A stretch of 64,000 bases of DNA from Alphaproteobacteria bacterium (GTDB lineage Bacteria > Pseudomonadota > Alphaproteobacteria > UBA828), in the NCBI GenBank assembly GCA_050173345.1, contig JBFXKW010000003.1, positions 60,323 to 124,322 on the forward strand. Reading direction: 5' to 3'. The notes beneath the pieces are model-generated. The model saw only the letters and a program-made list of their open reading frames with translations, was not told the origin of the DNA and made no database searches. Below are positions 48,713 to 60,202 of the stretch, piece by piece; within the stretch, counting starts at the first letter, position 1; every line of letters starts with the position of its first letter. Made by a program: the position numbers and the translations under genes.

Positions 48713-49945
48713 ATGGCCGTGACGTCAAGCCGCATGAGCCGTTGGAGGCGGGCGTCGATCGTCCTCGCACTCCTGCTGCTTCCTGTCCTCAGCCATTGCG
48801 GCATGTTCTCCGGGACCGAGGAGCCCGAGACCGAAGCTCCCAAGGCCGAGGCACCCGAGGCCGAACCGGCCGAGGCAGTCGAGGGCGAGGCGGTCGAGGA
48901 GACCGGCCGGGCGGGCTTGGCGCGCGCCTGCGAGGCGGGCGACGCCGCGCACTGCTTCGAACTCGGCAACATGCTCTATACCGGGACGGACGGCCCGGCG
49001 GACAAGGCGCAGGCGCGGCTGTTCTACGAGCGGGCCTGCACGGGCGGCGCCTCAGTCGCCTGCGTCAACCTCGGCACCATGCTGCGCGGCGGCGAAGGCG
49101 GCGCGCCGGACGAGCCGCGCGCGCGGGAACTCTACGCGGTCGCCTGCGGCCAAAACCTCGCCGACGGCTGCTACGCGTTCGCCACCATGCTCGATGCGGG
49201 CCAGGGCGGCGCGCAGGACAGGCCGCGCGCGCGGGAGCTGTTTGACGAGGCCTGCCGCGAGGGCGTCGCCAGCGCCTGCGTCAACCTCGGCAACATGCTG
49301 CTCACCGGCGGCGGCGCGGTGCCGCAGGACGAGCCGCGCGCCCGACTGCTCTACGGCCAGGCCTGCGAACGCGGCGCCGCGATCGGCTGCCGGAACCTCG
49401 GCGTCATGTTCGAGAACGGCCAGGGCGGCGAGCCGGACCCGTGGAATGCGCGGCAGCTCTACAGCAAGGCCTGCGAGGCGGGCGACGCCGATGGCTGCTC
49501 CTTCCTCGCCAATCTGTTCGTCACCGGCCAGGGCGGCGCGCAGGACGAGACGCGCGCCCGCGCGCTCTATGGCCAGGCCTGCAAGGGCGGCTCGGCGCTC
49601 GGCTGCTTCAACCTGGGCGGCCGGCTGCACAGCGGCGAAGGCGGGCCGCAGGACATGGCGGCGGCGCGCGAGCTGTTCGACGCGGCCTGCCGGGGCGGCT
49701 ATGCCTCGGGCTGCTTCAACCTCGCGACCATGCTGATCCGTGGCGAAGGCGGCGCGCCGGACGAGCCGCGCGCGCTCGAGATGTTCGGCCACGCCTGCAA
49801 GGGCGGCAACGTGGTCGGCTGCCACAACATGGCGGTGATGTTCGAGACCGGCCGCGGCGGCGTGCTCGACCAGCCGCGCGCGATGAAGCTCTTCGAGGTC
49901 GCCTGCAAGGGCGGCTACCAGAAGAGCTGCGCGAAGCTGCAGTGA
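48713..49945 (+). CDS. Secreted cysteine-rich Sel1-like repeat (SLR/Hcp-type) protein
   Basis: It has a signal-like N-terminus (RRASIVLALLLLPVLSHCG). About 10 tandem ~36-aa units follow, of the form AC..G...(A/G)C.NLG.M...G.GG..D..RAR.L(Y/F).. Confidence 0.85.
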   Translation: MAVTSSRMSRWRRASIVLALLLLPVLSHCGMFSGTEEPETEAPKAEAPEAEPAEAVEGEAVEETGRAGLARACEAGDAAHCFELGNMLYTGTDGPADKAQARLFYERACTGGASVACVNLGTMLRGGEGGAPDEPRARELYAVACGQNLADGCYAFATMLDAGQGGAQDRPRARELFDEACREGVASACVNLGNMLLTGGGAVPQDEPRARLLYGQACERGAAIGCRNLGVMFENGQGGEPDPWNARQLYSKACEAGDADGCSFLANLFVTGQGGAQDETRARALYGQACKGGSALGCFNLGGRLHSGEGGPQDMAAARELFDAACRGGYASGCFNLATMLIRGEGGAPDEPRALEMFGHACKGGNVVGCHNMAVMFETGRGGVLDQPRAMKLFEVACKGGYQKSCAKLQ

Positions 49946-49955
49946 GGCTCGCACC

Positions 49956-50543
49956 TTGCGCCGGAAGGTCCGTGCCGGCCTTGCCGCGCTTTTCTGCGCC
50001 ACGTTTCTCGTCGCCGAACCGGCCGAGGCCGCGGTCGACGAGACCGGCTTTCTCGGCATCAGGCTCGGCACGCCGCTTGAAGACGTGCTGACGGCGCAGC
50101 CGACCGCGCGCATCTGGCAGAAGACCAAGACCGAGCTGAACGGCTGCTATTTCCAGTATTCGATCCCGACCATCCTGGCGCTCGCGCCGGCCGAGGCGTG
50201 GCTGTGCGAGGCGCGCGGCCACCCGGATAAGCTTGTCACCGCGATCAGCGTCGAGGCATGGGCCAGCAAGCAGGGCTATCTGCAACTGGTCGATGCGCTG
50301 ACCGCGCGCTGGGGCCTCGCCCATTATTTCTGGGGCGGCTGCCTCAATTCGGCGGGCCACCCGACCGAGCAATACACCTGGCACCTGCCGTCGAGCCTGG
50401 TGCGCCTGATCAACCTCGACCTGCTCGAAGGCAAGCTGATGCTGCGCATCGAGCAGGCCGGCGACATCCTCGACTTCGGCCCAGGCGTCTGCCGCACGCC
50501 GCCCCTGGAGCTGCACCGTCTCGGCGAGGGGCGGCCGAGCTAG
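49956..50543 (+). CDS. Hypothetical secreted protein
   Basis: It has a signal peptide (AGLAALFCATFLVAEPAEA) and lies 10 nt after the Sel1 gene stop. I recognise no family. Confidence 0.5.
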   Translation: MRRKVRAGLAALFCATFLVAEPAEAAVDETGFLGIRLGTPLEDVLTAQPTARIWQKTKTELNGCYFQYSIPTILALAPAEAWLCEARGHPDKLVTAISVEAWASKQGYLQLVDALTARWGLAHYFWGGCLNSAGHPTEQYTWHLPSSLVRLINLDLLEGKLMLRIEQAGDILDFGPGVCRTPPLELHRLGEGRPS

Positions 50544-50582
50544 GCGCCGCGCCGCCCCTGCCACGGGAGTCGCCCGATTGAT

Positions 50583-50635
50583 TTCCCGTCATCACCGGGT
50601 CGCGGCGCTTCGCGCCGGCCCGGTGATGACGGGAA
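50583..50635. terminator. Long perfect hairpin (17-bp stem) between convergent genes
   Basis: The arms are ttcccgtcatcaccggg ... cccggtgatgacgggaa, with an inner ggcgc-ttc-gcgcc stem. Confidence 0.5.
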
Positions 50636-50655
50636 CTGACCAGCCGAATCCAATG

Positions 50656-52932
50656 TCAAACGATCTCCTCGATCGGGCCGTCCTCGGCGAAGCGTTGGAG
50701 CACGTTGCGGGTGAGGGTCGAGACGTTGTTGTCGAAGCCGTTGTGCGAGAGGCTGCCGCACCACGCGATGGAGGATGTCGAGAACACCGCGCCGCCCTGT
50801 GCCGTCGTGAAGAACACCAGGTCGGCGCGCACGCCGGCATCCTCCTCGCCGTTCGCGCCCGGCCGGTTGAAGTAGAGCTCCTCCGGCACCAGCATGGCGT
50901 TGGCCCTGTGGCCGAACGAGCAGGCGATCAGCATGGCGTTCGGCGGCGTGCCTTGCGCGTAGTCGATCCTGTCCATCTCGAGTCCGGCCGCGCCGCCGTT
51001 GATCCCGCCGAAATCGCCGATCATCTCGTCGCCGCCGACCCCGCGCATCAGCCAGGCGAGGCGCGGGTCGGCGGCGTCCGGCATCGGCACATAGCCGGTC
51101 GAGACGTCGAGGCCGTGCGAGCCGTAGCCGGTGCCGAAGATCTTCTGCGGCGGCCGGCCGCGCATGCGCCACAGCCCGCCGCGCTCGCCGGTCGTGCTGT
51201 GATGGTATTCGCCGCTGCGGGCGCGCCAAGCCTGATCGCCGCTCTCGCCCTTGCGCACCTCCATCAGCCACGGCTTGTCCGGATGCAGCGAAGTGATCCA
51301 GTAGAAGCCGTTGGCGCCGAGATACATGGCGCGGCCGCCGCCCGCGACATAGTCCTCGAAGGCGTCGAGCATGGCCTCGGTGCAGTATTCCGGGTGGCTG
51401 CCGGTCAGCACCACGTTGTAGCGGCGCAGCAGCGCCGCACCCTCGCGGTCGAGGTCGTGGTCGGTGATCACGTCGTAGGGCACGTCCTGGTGCTCCAGCC
51501 AGTCGACGAGCTGGAGGTCGGCCGGGAACGCCCAGACCATGCCGTATTCGTGGCGGTTGTGCGGGCGCATGGCGAGGATCGGCCGGCGCCAGCTCGAATA
51601 CTGCACGCCGCGCCCGTCGGCGTGATGCTCGTAGGTGGAGAGCCCGTACTTCGCCGGGTTCTCGTTGAGCTCGAGGTCGTGCGCGCTGAGCGTCGTGGTG
51701 ACGCCGATGATCGCCTGGGCGACCGGCGAGCTCTGCATCACCAGCGAATTGGCGTAGGCGAGGTAAGTCAGCGTCGAGACCAGGAACGCCGCCTTCGCCG
51801 TGGCGGTGCCGCGCGGCGGCGTGACGAAGAAGGGCACGCGGTCCACCTCGCCTTCGCTTTCGAGATGCACCGCATAGATGCCGCTCGGCAGGTCATCCGG
51901 CACGCGCAGGTGGAACGACGGCTGCCAGCGGCAATCGTCGAGCGAATCCTCGTGGAACCAGAGCGCGCCGTACTGCTCCGGGCAGTGGGTGAAACGCTCC
52001 TCATGGCCGTCCCAGTTCCAGCCGGTCATGGCACGATCCGGCTGGTTGATGCAGCGGCCATGCAACGCGTTGCCCGAAATATCGGTCGCCTCGTCGCTCG
52101 GGATGCCGCGCGGCGTGATGCCGTTCGCGAAGTCCCAATGGGCGAGGCGCGCGGCGCTCGGCACGGCGCCCGCGTGCAGCTCGTCGACCGAGGAGACGGC
52201 GCCGGGCCCGTAGAGCTTGGGGCTGTCGAGCTTGCCGTTGAAATTGCCGCGCGCGAGGCACTGCCCGTCGCGCCGGCCGGCCGCCTTGGCCGCGATCAGC
52301 AGCGGCGTGCCGGAATCGGCCGGCACGACGCGGAGCGCATCGCTCGCCGCCGCATTTGAATCGAGCGCGACGACGCGGCCGAGCCGGCTGTTCACCCGGT
52401 TGATCCTGGTTTCCTGCGAGAGCGCGAGGGTGCGGCGGGACAGGTCGAGCGTGACCGCGACGGAATACCAGATTTCGGGGAACAGGCGCTTCGGGCTGGC
52501 TATGCGCTGGGTTGTCGTGCCGTCGCCGGTGACAAAGCAAAGGAAACCGTCCTCGACGACGAGCGCCCAGCCGCGCGAGGCCGCCTCGTCGAAGCGGCCG
52601 ATGACGGTCTGCGTCTGGCCGGGCGTGGTCGCGTAGAGGAAGAGATGGAGCGCGCCGCCTTGCGCAAGCGCGAGGCTTGCCTTCGGGTCGGGCACCTCGA
52701 CGAAGCTCCCGGTCGTCGTCCATTGCGGGAAACCGTCATAGCCGCCGTCGATGTTCGACGGCACGCGGCGCGCCAGCGCTTCCGGCCCGCGCGGGTCGTC
52801 CCTGTCGTTCACGAGCCGGACCAGCGCGGCACTGTATTTCCGCGGCGTCCGGCAATCGACATGGAAGGCGAGCGTCTCGCCCGGCGCGACGTTCGGGCGG
52901 TCGCAATAGCCGGTGATCGCGAGATAGCTCAT
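50656..52932 (-). CDS. N,N-dimethylformamidase large (beta) subunit family protein
   Basis: It is 758 aa. The N-terminal pattern ITGYCDRPNVAPGETLAFHV..LVRL, the central region GWNWDGHEE.F.HCPEQYGALWFHEDSLDDCRW and the C-terminal amidotransferase-like region resemble the DmfA2 family, from memory of that family. Confidence 0.7.
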   Translation of the reverse strand: MSYLAITGYCDRPNVAPGETLAFHVDCRTPRKYSAALVRLVNDRDDPRGPEALARRVPSNIDGGYDGFPQWTTTGSFVEVPDPKASLALAQGGALHLFLYATTPGQTQTVIGRFDEAASRGWALVVEDGFLCFVTGDGTTTQRIASPKRLFPEIWYSVAVTLDLSRRTLALSQETRINRVNSRLGRVVALDSNAAASDALRVVPADSGTPLLIAAKAAGRRDGQCLARGNFNGKLDSPKLYGPGAVSSVDELHAGAVPSAARLAHWDFANGITPRGIPSDEATDISGNALHGRCINQPDRAMTGWNWDGHEERFTHCPEQYGALWFHEDSLDDCRWQPSFHLRVPDDLPSGIYAVHLESEGEVDRVPFFVTPPRGTATAKAAFLVSTLTYLAYANSLVMQSSPVAQAIIGVTTTLSAHDLELNENPAKYGLSTYEHHADGRGVQYSSWRRPILAMRPHNRHEYGMVWAFPADLQLVDWLEHQDVPYDVITDHDLDREGAALLRRYNVVLTGSHPEYCTEAMLDAFEDYVAGGGRAMYLGANGFYWITSLHPDKPWLMEVRKGESGDQAWRARSGEYHHSTTGERGGLWRMRGRPPQKIFGTGYGSHGLDVSTGYVPMPDAADPRLAWLMRGVGGDEMIGDFGGINGGAAGLEMDRIDYAQGTPPNAMLIACSFGHRANAMLVPEELYFNRPGANGEEDAGVRADLVFFTTAQGGAVFSTSSIAWCGSLSHNGFDNNVSTLTRNVLQRFAEDGPIEEIV

Positions 52933-53315
52933 GGCCGGGGCTCCTGCGCCAGGCCGAGCGCCGCGAGCCGGCGCCGGAACACCGCGCGCACCGCCTCCGC
53001 CTCGGTGCGGTAACGCTCGCCCTCGACGATCTCTGGCGCCCTGCCCCGCCCCTGCATGACCGCGACGCGATACGCCTCGCCCGGCTTCTCGGCATAGATA
53101 AAGAGCTTGCCCCCGATCGGCGCCGAGCGGACGAAGACGAGCAGCCGCTGGAGCGCCGGGCTGTGCCGGCGGGTCGCACCGGTCGGGTCCGCGTCGTATT
53201 CGGCGAGCAGCGCGGCTGTCACCGTCGGCCGCAGCGCCTTGACGCGCTCGGCGGTGAACCGCCTCACCCAGTCCTGCGTCTTGTCACGGTACTTGCCTGG
53301 ATCGTCGATCGGCAT
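52929..53315 (-). CDS. Candidate N,N-dimethylformamidase small (alpha) subunit-like protein
   Basis: It is a ~128 aa ORF whose stop overlaps the large-subunit start by 4 nt. The size and position fit DmfA1. The ATG at 53315 is preferred over 53378. Confidence 0.45.
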   Translation of the reverse strand: MPIDDPGKYRDKTQDWVRRFTAERVKALRPTVTAALLAEYDADPTGATRRHSPALQRLLVFVRSAPIGGKLFIYAEKPGEAYRVAVMQGRGRAPEIVEGERYRTEAEAVRAVFRRRLAALGLAQEPRP

Positions 53316-53466
53316 GCGCACGCCCCCCATCGCACCTGTCGAGCCCTGCGGCGTCGAAGTCGGGAGACAAGCATGCACTCCCCGCAGCGATCAACGCTCC
53401 GCCTTCCACCCTTGCCAAGCCGAGGTGGTTGCGATAGGTTACATGTAACCAGGAGCCGAGATTGGG

Positions 53467-53691
53467 ATGACCTCGACATCGAAGCGAAACGCCTCCCGCA
53501 CGAAGGTGCAGGCGCACCGGGCGCGTCTGCGCGCGCAAGGCCTGCGTCCCATTCAAATCTGGGTTCCCGACACAAGATCGCCGGAATTCGCGGCGGAGGC
53601 GCACCGCCAGGCTCTCGCGCTTGCCAAGAGCCCGCACGAACCCGACAACCAAGCCTTCATCGACAGCATTTCAGAGCTGAAGTTCAAGTGA
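53467..53691 (+). CDS. MazE-like antitoxin (DUF3018-type)
   Basis: It is 74 aa with a basic N-terminus (RARLRAQGLRPIQIWVPD). Its stop overlaps the start of the PemK/MazF toxin gene. Confidence 0.7.
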   Translation: MTSTSKRNASRTKVQAHRARLRAQGLRPIQIWVPDTRSPEFAAEAHRQALALAKSPHEPDNQAFIDSISELKFK

Positions 53692-54017
53692 AGCGTGGTG
53701 AGGTTTGGAGTGCTGCCGGTGGGGAGGACTATGCCGGCAAGCCGCGACCTGTCGTGATCATCCAGGACGATCGCTTTGATGCAACCCTATCCATCACGGT
53801 TTGCGCCCTGACGAGCAGTGCCACGGACGCACCACTTGCGCGCCCTATTGTCGAGCCCGATGGAACCAATGGGTTGCGGATAGCCTCCCGCCTGATGGTC
53901 GACAAGATCACCACGGTGCCGAAGACAAAGCTCGGAAAGCGCATCGGCAAGCTCGGCGATGCCGACATGCTCCGGCTCAACCGCGCGATCCTGGTGTGCC
54001 TCGGCCTTGCGGGATAG
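53688..54017 (+). CDS. mazF: PemK/MazF family type II toxin (endoribonuclease)
   Basis: The translation begins VKRGEVW..GKPRPVVIIQDD..ITVCALTS.. ..SRLMVDKITTV. The GTG start overlaps the antitoxin stop (GTGA). Confidence 0.85.
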   Translation: MKRGEVWSAAGGEDYAGKPRPVVIIQDDRFDATLSITVCALTSSATDAPLARPIVEPDGTNGLRIASRLMVDKITTVPKTKLGKRIGKLGDADMLRLNRAILVCLGLAG

Positions 54018-54128
54018 CGCCCTCGCCTTGACGGGGGCGGTTGCCGGAATCCAAACTGCGGCGAGCGTCACAGTGCAGCGCAGCAGGGCTTGCCGCCCCG
54101 GCGCGGACCAAGAAACACATAGGCCAGC

Positions 54129-56207
54129 ATGAAACTCGTCGGCGTGGACGTCGGGGGCACCTTCACCGACCTCATCATCACGGATACCGATAGCGACAGC
54201 ATCGCGATCCACAAGGTGCCGACCACGCCGGACGACCCCTCGGTCGGCGTCACCCAGGGCATCGTCGCGCTGTGCGAGCGCAACGGCATCGCGCCCGGCG
54301 CGATCGACCACGTCTTCCACGGCACCACGATCGCGACCAACGCCGTGCTCGAATATGACGGCGCGACCGCCGGCATGATCACGACCGAAGGCTATCGCGA
54401 CATCATCCATATCGGGCGCCACCAGCGGCCCGAGAACTACTCGATCATGCAGGACATCCCGTGGCAGGCGCGCCCGCTGGTGCGCCGCCGCCACCGCAAG
54501 ACCGTCGCCGAACGGCTGAGCCCGCCCAGGGGCGAGGTACTGAAGCCGCTCGACGAGGCCGCGGTGCGCACGGCCGCGCGCGAGCTGAAAGCCGCCGGCG
54601 TGCAGTCGATCGCGGTGTGCTTCCTGTTCTCCTACATCGACCCGCGCCACGAGGAGCGCGCCAAGGCGATCATCCTGGAGGAATTCCCGGACGCCTTCGT
54701 CACCACCTCGGCCGCGGTCGCGCCGCAGTTCCGCGAGTTCGAGCGCTTCACCACCGCGGCGATGAACGCCTTCATCGGCCCCAAGGTGCGCAACTATGTG
54801 CGGCGCTTCGAGGAGAGGCTCGGCGGCGCAGGCATCAAGGCCGATCTCCACATCATGGCCTCGAACGGCGGCGTCGCGACCGCCGCCACGGTCGCCGACC
54901 TACCGGTGGTGACGCTGCTCTCGGGGCCGGCCGCCGGCGTGCTCGGCGGCGCCTGGGCGGCGGCGCTCTCCGGCCGCGAGCGCCTGATCACCTTCGACGT
55001 CGGCGGCACCAGCGCCGACATCGGCATCGTGATCGAGGGCCGCTATGGCGAGGCGACCGCGCGCGACACCTGGATCGGCGGTTATCCGGTGCTGGTGCCG
55101 ATGATCGACATCCACACCATCGGCGCGGGCGGCGGCTCGATCGCCCATGTCGATGCCGGCGGGGCGTTCCGCGTCGGGCCGCAGAGCGCGGGCTCGCAGC
55201 CCGGCCCGGCCTGCTATGCGCGCGGCGGCGCGCGGCCGACCGTGACCGACGCCAATTTGGTGCTCGGCCGGCTCGACAAGGACAATTTCCTCGGCGGCGA
55301 GATGGCGCTCGACGAGGCGGCGGCGCACCGGGTGATCGCCGAGCTCGCAAGGCAGCTCAAGCTCGACAAGCTAGAGGCCGCCGAGGGCGTGCTGACCATC
55401 CTCAACTCCAACATGGCGAACGCGATCCGCGCCAAGACGGTGCAGAAGGGGCTCGACCCGCGCGACTTCGCGCTGGTCGCCTTCGGCGGCGCCGGCCCGC
55501 TGCACGGTGCCGAGGTCGCCGCCGTGCTCAACATCCCCGAGGTGGTGGTGCCGCCGCATCCCGGCATCACCTCGGCCGCCGGCCTCCTCACCACCGACAT
55601 CAAGTACGACCGCATCAAGACCGAGTTCCAGACCAAGGGCGGCGTCGACCTCGCGAAGCTCGGCGCGGACTTCGCCGGGCTCGAGGCGGCACTGATCGAG
55701 CAGTTCGAAAAGGACGGCATCGCGCGCGGCAAGATCCGGCTGCAACGCTTCGGCGACCTGCGCTATGTCGGCCAAGGCTACGAGCTGCGCGTGCCCTTCC
55801 CCGCCGAACCGCCAGACGAGGCGGTGCTGGAGGGCGTGTGGAACGCCTTTCACGAGCAGCACAAGCGCGAATACGGCCATTTCTTCGCCGCGAGCCCGAT
55901 CGAGATCGTCAACATCCGGGTCACCGGGATCGGCGGCACGCCGAAGATCGGCAAGCCCGCGCCCGCCAAGGGCGGCACGGTCGAGGCCGCACTGGTGCGC
56001 CGCGGCCAGAGCGTGTTCCGCGTCGAAGGCGTGCTCGGCAGCTACGAAACCGCGTATTATCGGCGCGAACTGCTGCCGCTCGGCGAGAAGGTACCGGGCC
56101 CCGCGATCATCCTGCAGCGCGACACCACGACGGTCGTGCCGCCGGGCTGGAGCGCCGAGGCCGATACCGGCGGCAACCTCATCCTGCGCGCGCAACCGAA
56201 AGGCTGA
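54129..56207 (+). CDS. hyuA: Hydantoinase/oxoprolinase family protein, A subunit
   Basis: It has the N-terminal [10 protein letters not shown] motif and is 692 aa. The HyuB partner follows. Confidence 0.9.
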   Translation: MKLVGVDVGGTFTDLIITDTDSDSIAIHKVPTTPDDPSVGVTQGIVALCERNGIAPGAIDHVFHGTTIATNAVLEYDGATAGMITTEGYRDIIHIGRHQRPENYSIMQDIPWQARPLVRRRHRKTVAERLSPPRGEVLKPLDEAAVRTAARELKAAGVQSIAVCFLFSYIDPRHEERAKAIILEEFPDAFVTTSAAVAPQFREFERFTTAAMNAFIGPKVRNYVRRFEERLGGAGIKADLHIMASNGGVATAATVADLPVVTLLSGPAAGVLGGAWAAALSGRERLITFDVGGTSADIGIVIEGRYGEATARDTWIGGYPVLVPMIDIHTIGAGGGSIAHVDAGGAFRVGPQSAGSQPGPACYARGGARPTVTDANLVLGRLDKDNFLGGEMALDEAAAHRVIAELARQLKLDKLEAAEGVLTILNSNMANAIRAKTVQKGLDPRDFALVAFGGAGPLHGAEVAAVLNIPEVVVPPHPGITSAAGLLTTDIKYDRIKTEFQTKGGVDLAKLGADFAGLEAALIEQFEKDGIARGKIRLQRFGDLRYVGQGYELRVPFPAEPPDEAVLEGVWNAFHEQHKREYGHFFAASPIEIVNIRVTGIGGTPKIGKPAPAKGGTVEAALVRRGQSVFRVEGVLGSYETAYYRRELLPLGEKVPGPAIILQRDTTTVVPPGWSAEADTGGNLILRAQPKG

Positions 56208-56210
56208 ACG

Positions 56211-58001
56211 ATGGCCCAGGCACGCCCCGCAACCAAGCTCGGCTCGACGCCGATCGACCCGGTGACCGCGAGCGTCATCCAGGGCGCGCTCGAAAGCATC
56301 GCGGTCGAGATGGGCTACAAGCTGATGCGGATGTCCTATTCGAGCATCATCCGCGAGTCCGAGGATTTCGGCGCCGCGCTGCTCGACGCGCAAGGCCGCC
56401 AGCTCTGCGAATCGCGCCAATCGACGCCGCTGCAATCCGGCCCGATCCCCGGCTACGTCAAGGGCATGAATCGGCTGCTCGCGGTGCGCGGCGAGAGCCT
56501 GGGCCCGGGCGACGTGATCATGCACAACTCGGCCTATCACGGCGCCTCGCACGGGCCGGATGTCGCCTTCATCGTGCCGGCCTTCGTCAAGGGTGCGCTC
56601 GTCGGCTATTCGGTGACGACCGCGCACCATCTCGACATCGGCGCCGGCTCGCCGGGCAGCTGCGGCATCGTCGATTCGCTCGACGCCTATGCCGAGGGCC
56701 TGCAGTTCAAGGCGCTCAAGGTCTACGACAAGGGCGTGCTCAACAAGCCGCTCTGGCAGATGGTGCGCGACAACATCCGCGCCTCCGACCTCGTGGTCGG
56801 CGACATGGAAGCGCAGATCGCCGCGGCGCGCATCGGCGCCGAGCGCTACCTGGAGCTGATCGAGCGCTACGGCCTCGCGACCGTGGATGCCGCGGGTGAT
56901 GCGCTGATGGATCATTCGGAGCGCCTGATGCGCCAGGCGATCGCGGCGCTGCCCGACGGCAGCTACGGCGCCGAGGGCCATGTCGACGGCTTCGAGAACG
57001 ACCTCGAGCGGCGCGACCTCAAGATCAAGGTCACGGTCACCATCAAGGGCAGCGAGATGACCGTAGACCTGACCGGCACCGACAAACAGATCGACGACCG
57101 GCCGCTCAACATGCCGCTCGAAGGCACGGTCGATTGCGCGATCTGGCTCACCGTGCGCTCGATCCTGCTCGATTCCGCGGTGCACGGCCACATCCCGCAG
57201 AACAGCGGGCTGGTGCGCCCGATCAGCATCGTCGCGCCCGAAGGCACGCTGGTGAACCCGACCTTCCCGGCGCCCACCATCGCGCGCTTCTGCCCCGGCA
57301 ACATCGTGGCCGACACGCTGATGCGCGCGCTTGCGCAAGCCGTGCCGACGCAGGTCTCGGCCGGCGTCGGCAACCTCAAGGTGATCGCCTATAGCGGCAT
57401 TCGCGGCGGCGCGCATTGGGTGCACATGGACATCCACGAAGGCAGCTATGGCGGGCGCTACGGCAAGGACGGCATGGACACGGTGGACACGCTCTACGCC
57501 AACACCCGCAACAACCCGATAGAAGACATCGAATCGCACCTGCCGCTCCGCGTGCTGCGCTACGAGCTGCGCGAGGGCGAGGCGGCGCCCGGTAAATGGC
57601 GCGGCGGCATCGGCTCGGTGCGCGAGGTCGAGCTCCTGGAGGACGGCAGCTTCTCGATCGAGGGCGACGGCCACATGTTCCCGCCCTGGGGCTTCCGGGG
57701 CGGCGCGGCAGGCTACACCTCGCAGCTCCTGTTCCGGCCGAAGAAGGGCGGCGAGTTCTCGCTGCCCTCGATGATGCCGAACATGGCGGCCAAGGCCGGC
57801 GACCGGCTGGTCTTGACCGGCACCTGCGGCGGCGGCTATGGCGATCCCTTGAAACGCGATCCGGCGCAGGTGCTCTCCGACGTGCGCGACGGCTTCGTGA
57901 CACTCGAATCGGCAAAGGCCGATTACGGCGTCGTGATCACGCCCGACACGACCATCGACGCGGCGGCGACCGCCGCCGAGCGGCGCGCCCGCGGCGCCTG
58001 A
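56211..58001 (+). CDS. hyuB: Hydantoinase B/oxoprolinase family protein
   Basis: It is 596 aa with a HyuB-type pattern (DPVT..VIQGAL.. SIIRESEDFG ..GGGGYGDPL.RDP). Confidence 0.9.
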   Translation: MAQARPATKLGSTPIDPVTASVIQGALESIAVEMGYKLMRMSYSSIIRESEDFGAALLDAQGRQLCESRQSTPLQSGPIPGYVKGMNRLLAVRGESLGPGDVIMHNSAYHGASHGPDVAFIVPAFVKGALVGYSVTTAHHLDIGAGSPGSCGIVDSLDAYAEGLQFKALKVYDKGVLNKPLWQMVRDNIRASDLVVGDMEAQIAAARIGAERYLELIERYGLATVDAAGDALMDHSERLMRQAIAALPDGSYGAEGHVDGFENDLERRDLKIKVTVTIKGSEMTVDLTGTDKQIDDRPLNMPLEGTVDCAIWLTVRSILLDSAVHGHIPQNSGLVRPISIVAPEGTLVNPTFPAPTIARFCPGNIVADTLMRALAQAVPTQVSAGVGNLKVIAYSGIRGGAHWVHMDIHEGSYGGRYGKDGMDTVDTLYANTRNNPIEDIESHLPLRVLRYELREGEAAPGKWRGGIGSVREVELLEDGSFSIEGDGHMFPPWGFRGGAAGYTSQLLFRPKKGGEFSLPSMMPNMAAKAGDRLVLTGTCGGGYGDPLKRDPAQVLSDVRDGFVTLESAKADYGVVITPDTTIDAAATAAERRARGA

Positions 58002-58021
58002 ACTACCGGGAGGCCACCCCC

Positions 58022-58792
58022 ATGCGCATCAAGATCATCAACCCGAACACCACCCAGGCGATGACCGACACGATCGGCGCATGCGCGCGCAAGTTCGCGC
58101 GGCCGGGCACCGATGTCGTCTCGGTCAGCCCGAGCTTCGGTCCTGCCTCGATCGAATCCTATGTCGACGAGTACGTCTCGGCCTGCGGCGTGCTCGACGA
58201 GATCAAGAAGAGCGACGAGAACGACAATTTCGATGCCTATATCGTCGCCTGCTACGGCGACCCCGGCCTGCACGCCGCGCGCGAGCTGACCGAGAAGCCG
58301 GTGATCGGCATCGCCGAGGCCTCGCTCTACACCGCCTCCATGCTCGCCGCGCGCTTCTCGATCGTCACCATCATCCCGCGCGCGCGCACCCTGATGGAGG
58401 AGATGGTGCGCGGCTACGGCATGGAGCACCGCATCGTCTCGATCCGCACGCTCCCGCTCTACGTGCTCGACGTCGAGAAGGATTCCGTAAGCTCGTTCGA
58501 AAAGATCAGGGAAGGCGCGCGGCTCGCGGTCAAGGAGGACAATGCGGAGGCTGTCTGCCTCGGCTGCGCCGGCTTCGCCGAGTTCGCCCAATCGATCGAG
58601 GACGAGCTCAAGGTGCCTGTGCTCGACGGCGTGGTGTGCGCCACCAAGCAGGCCGAGGTGCTGGTCGAGCTCGGCAAGAAGACCTCGAAGCGCATGACCT
58701 ACCGGCCGCCCGAGCGCAAGGGCTATACCGGCATCTTCGCACACTTCTCGAGCGACGCGCCGAAGGCCCCCGGCAAGGCGGCGGCGGAATAG
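58022..58792 (+). CDS. Asp/Glu/hydantoin racemase family protein
   Basis: The N-terminus MRIKIINPNTTQAMTD is typical of HyuE-like racemases. It has two catalytic-Cys regions (IVACYGDPGL, VCLGCAG). Confidence 0.85.
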   Translation: MRIKIINPNTTQAMTDTIGACARKFARPGTDVVSVSPSFGPASIESYVDEYVSACGVLDEIKKSDENDNFDAYIVACYGDPGLHAARELTEKPVIGIAEASLYTASMLAARFSIVTIIPRARTLMEEMVRGYGMEHRIVSIRTLPLYVLDVEKDSVSSFEKIREGARLAVKEDNAEAVCLGCAGFAEFAQSIEDELKVPVLDGVVCATKQAEVLVELGKKTSKRMTYRPPERKGYTGIFAHFSSDAPKAPGKAAAE

Positions 58793-58843
58793 CGTGGCCC
58801 TCCTCTCGGCACGACCTCGCACGGGCGGCATGCGCGTGACTCC

Positions 58844-60198
<1,355 letters not shown>

Positions 60199-60202
<4 letters not shown>

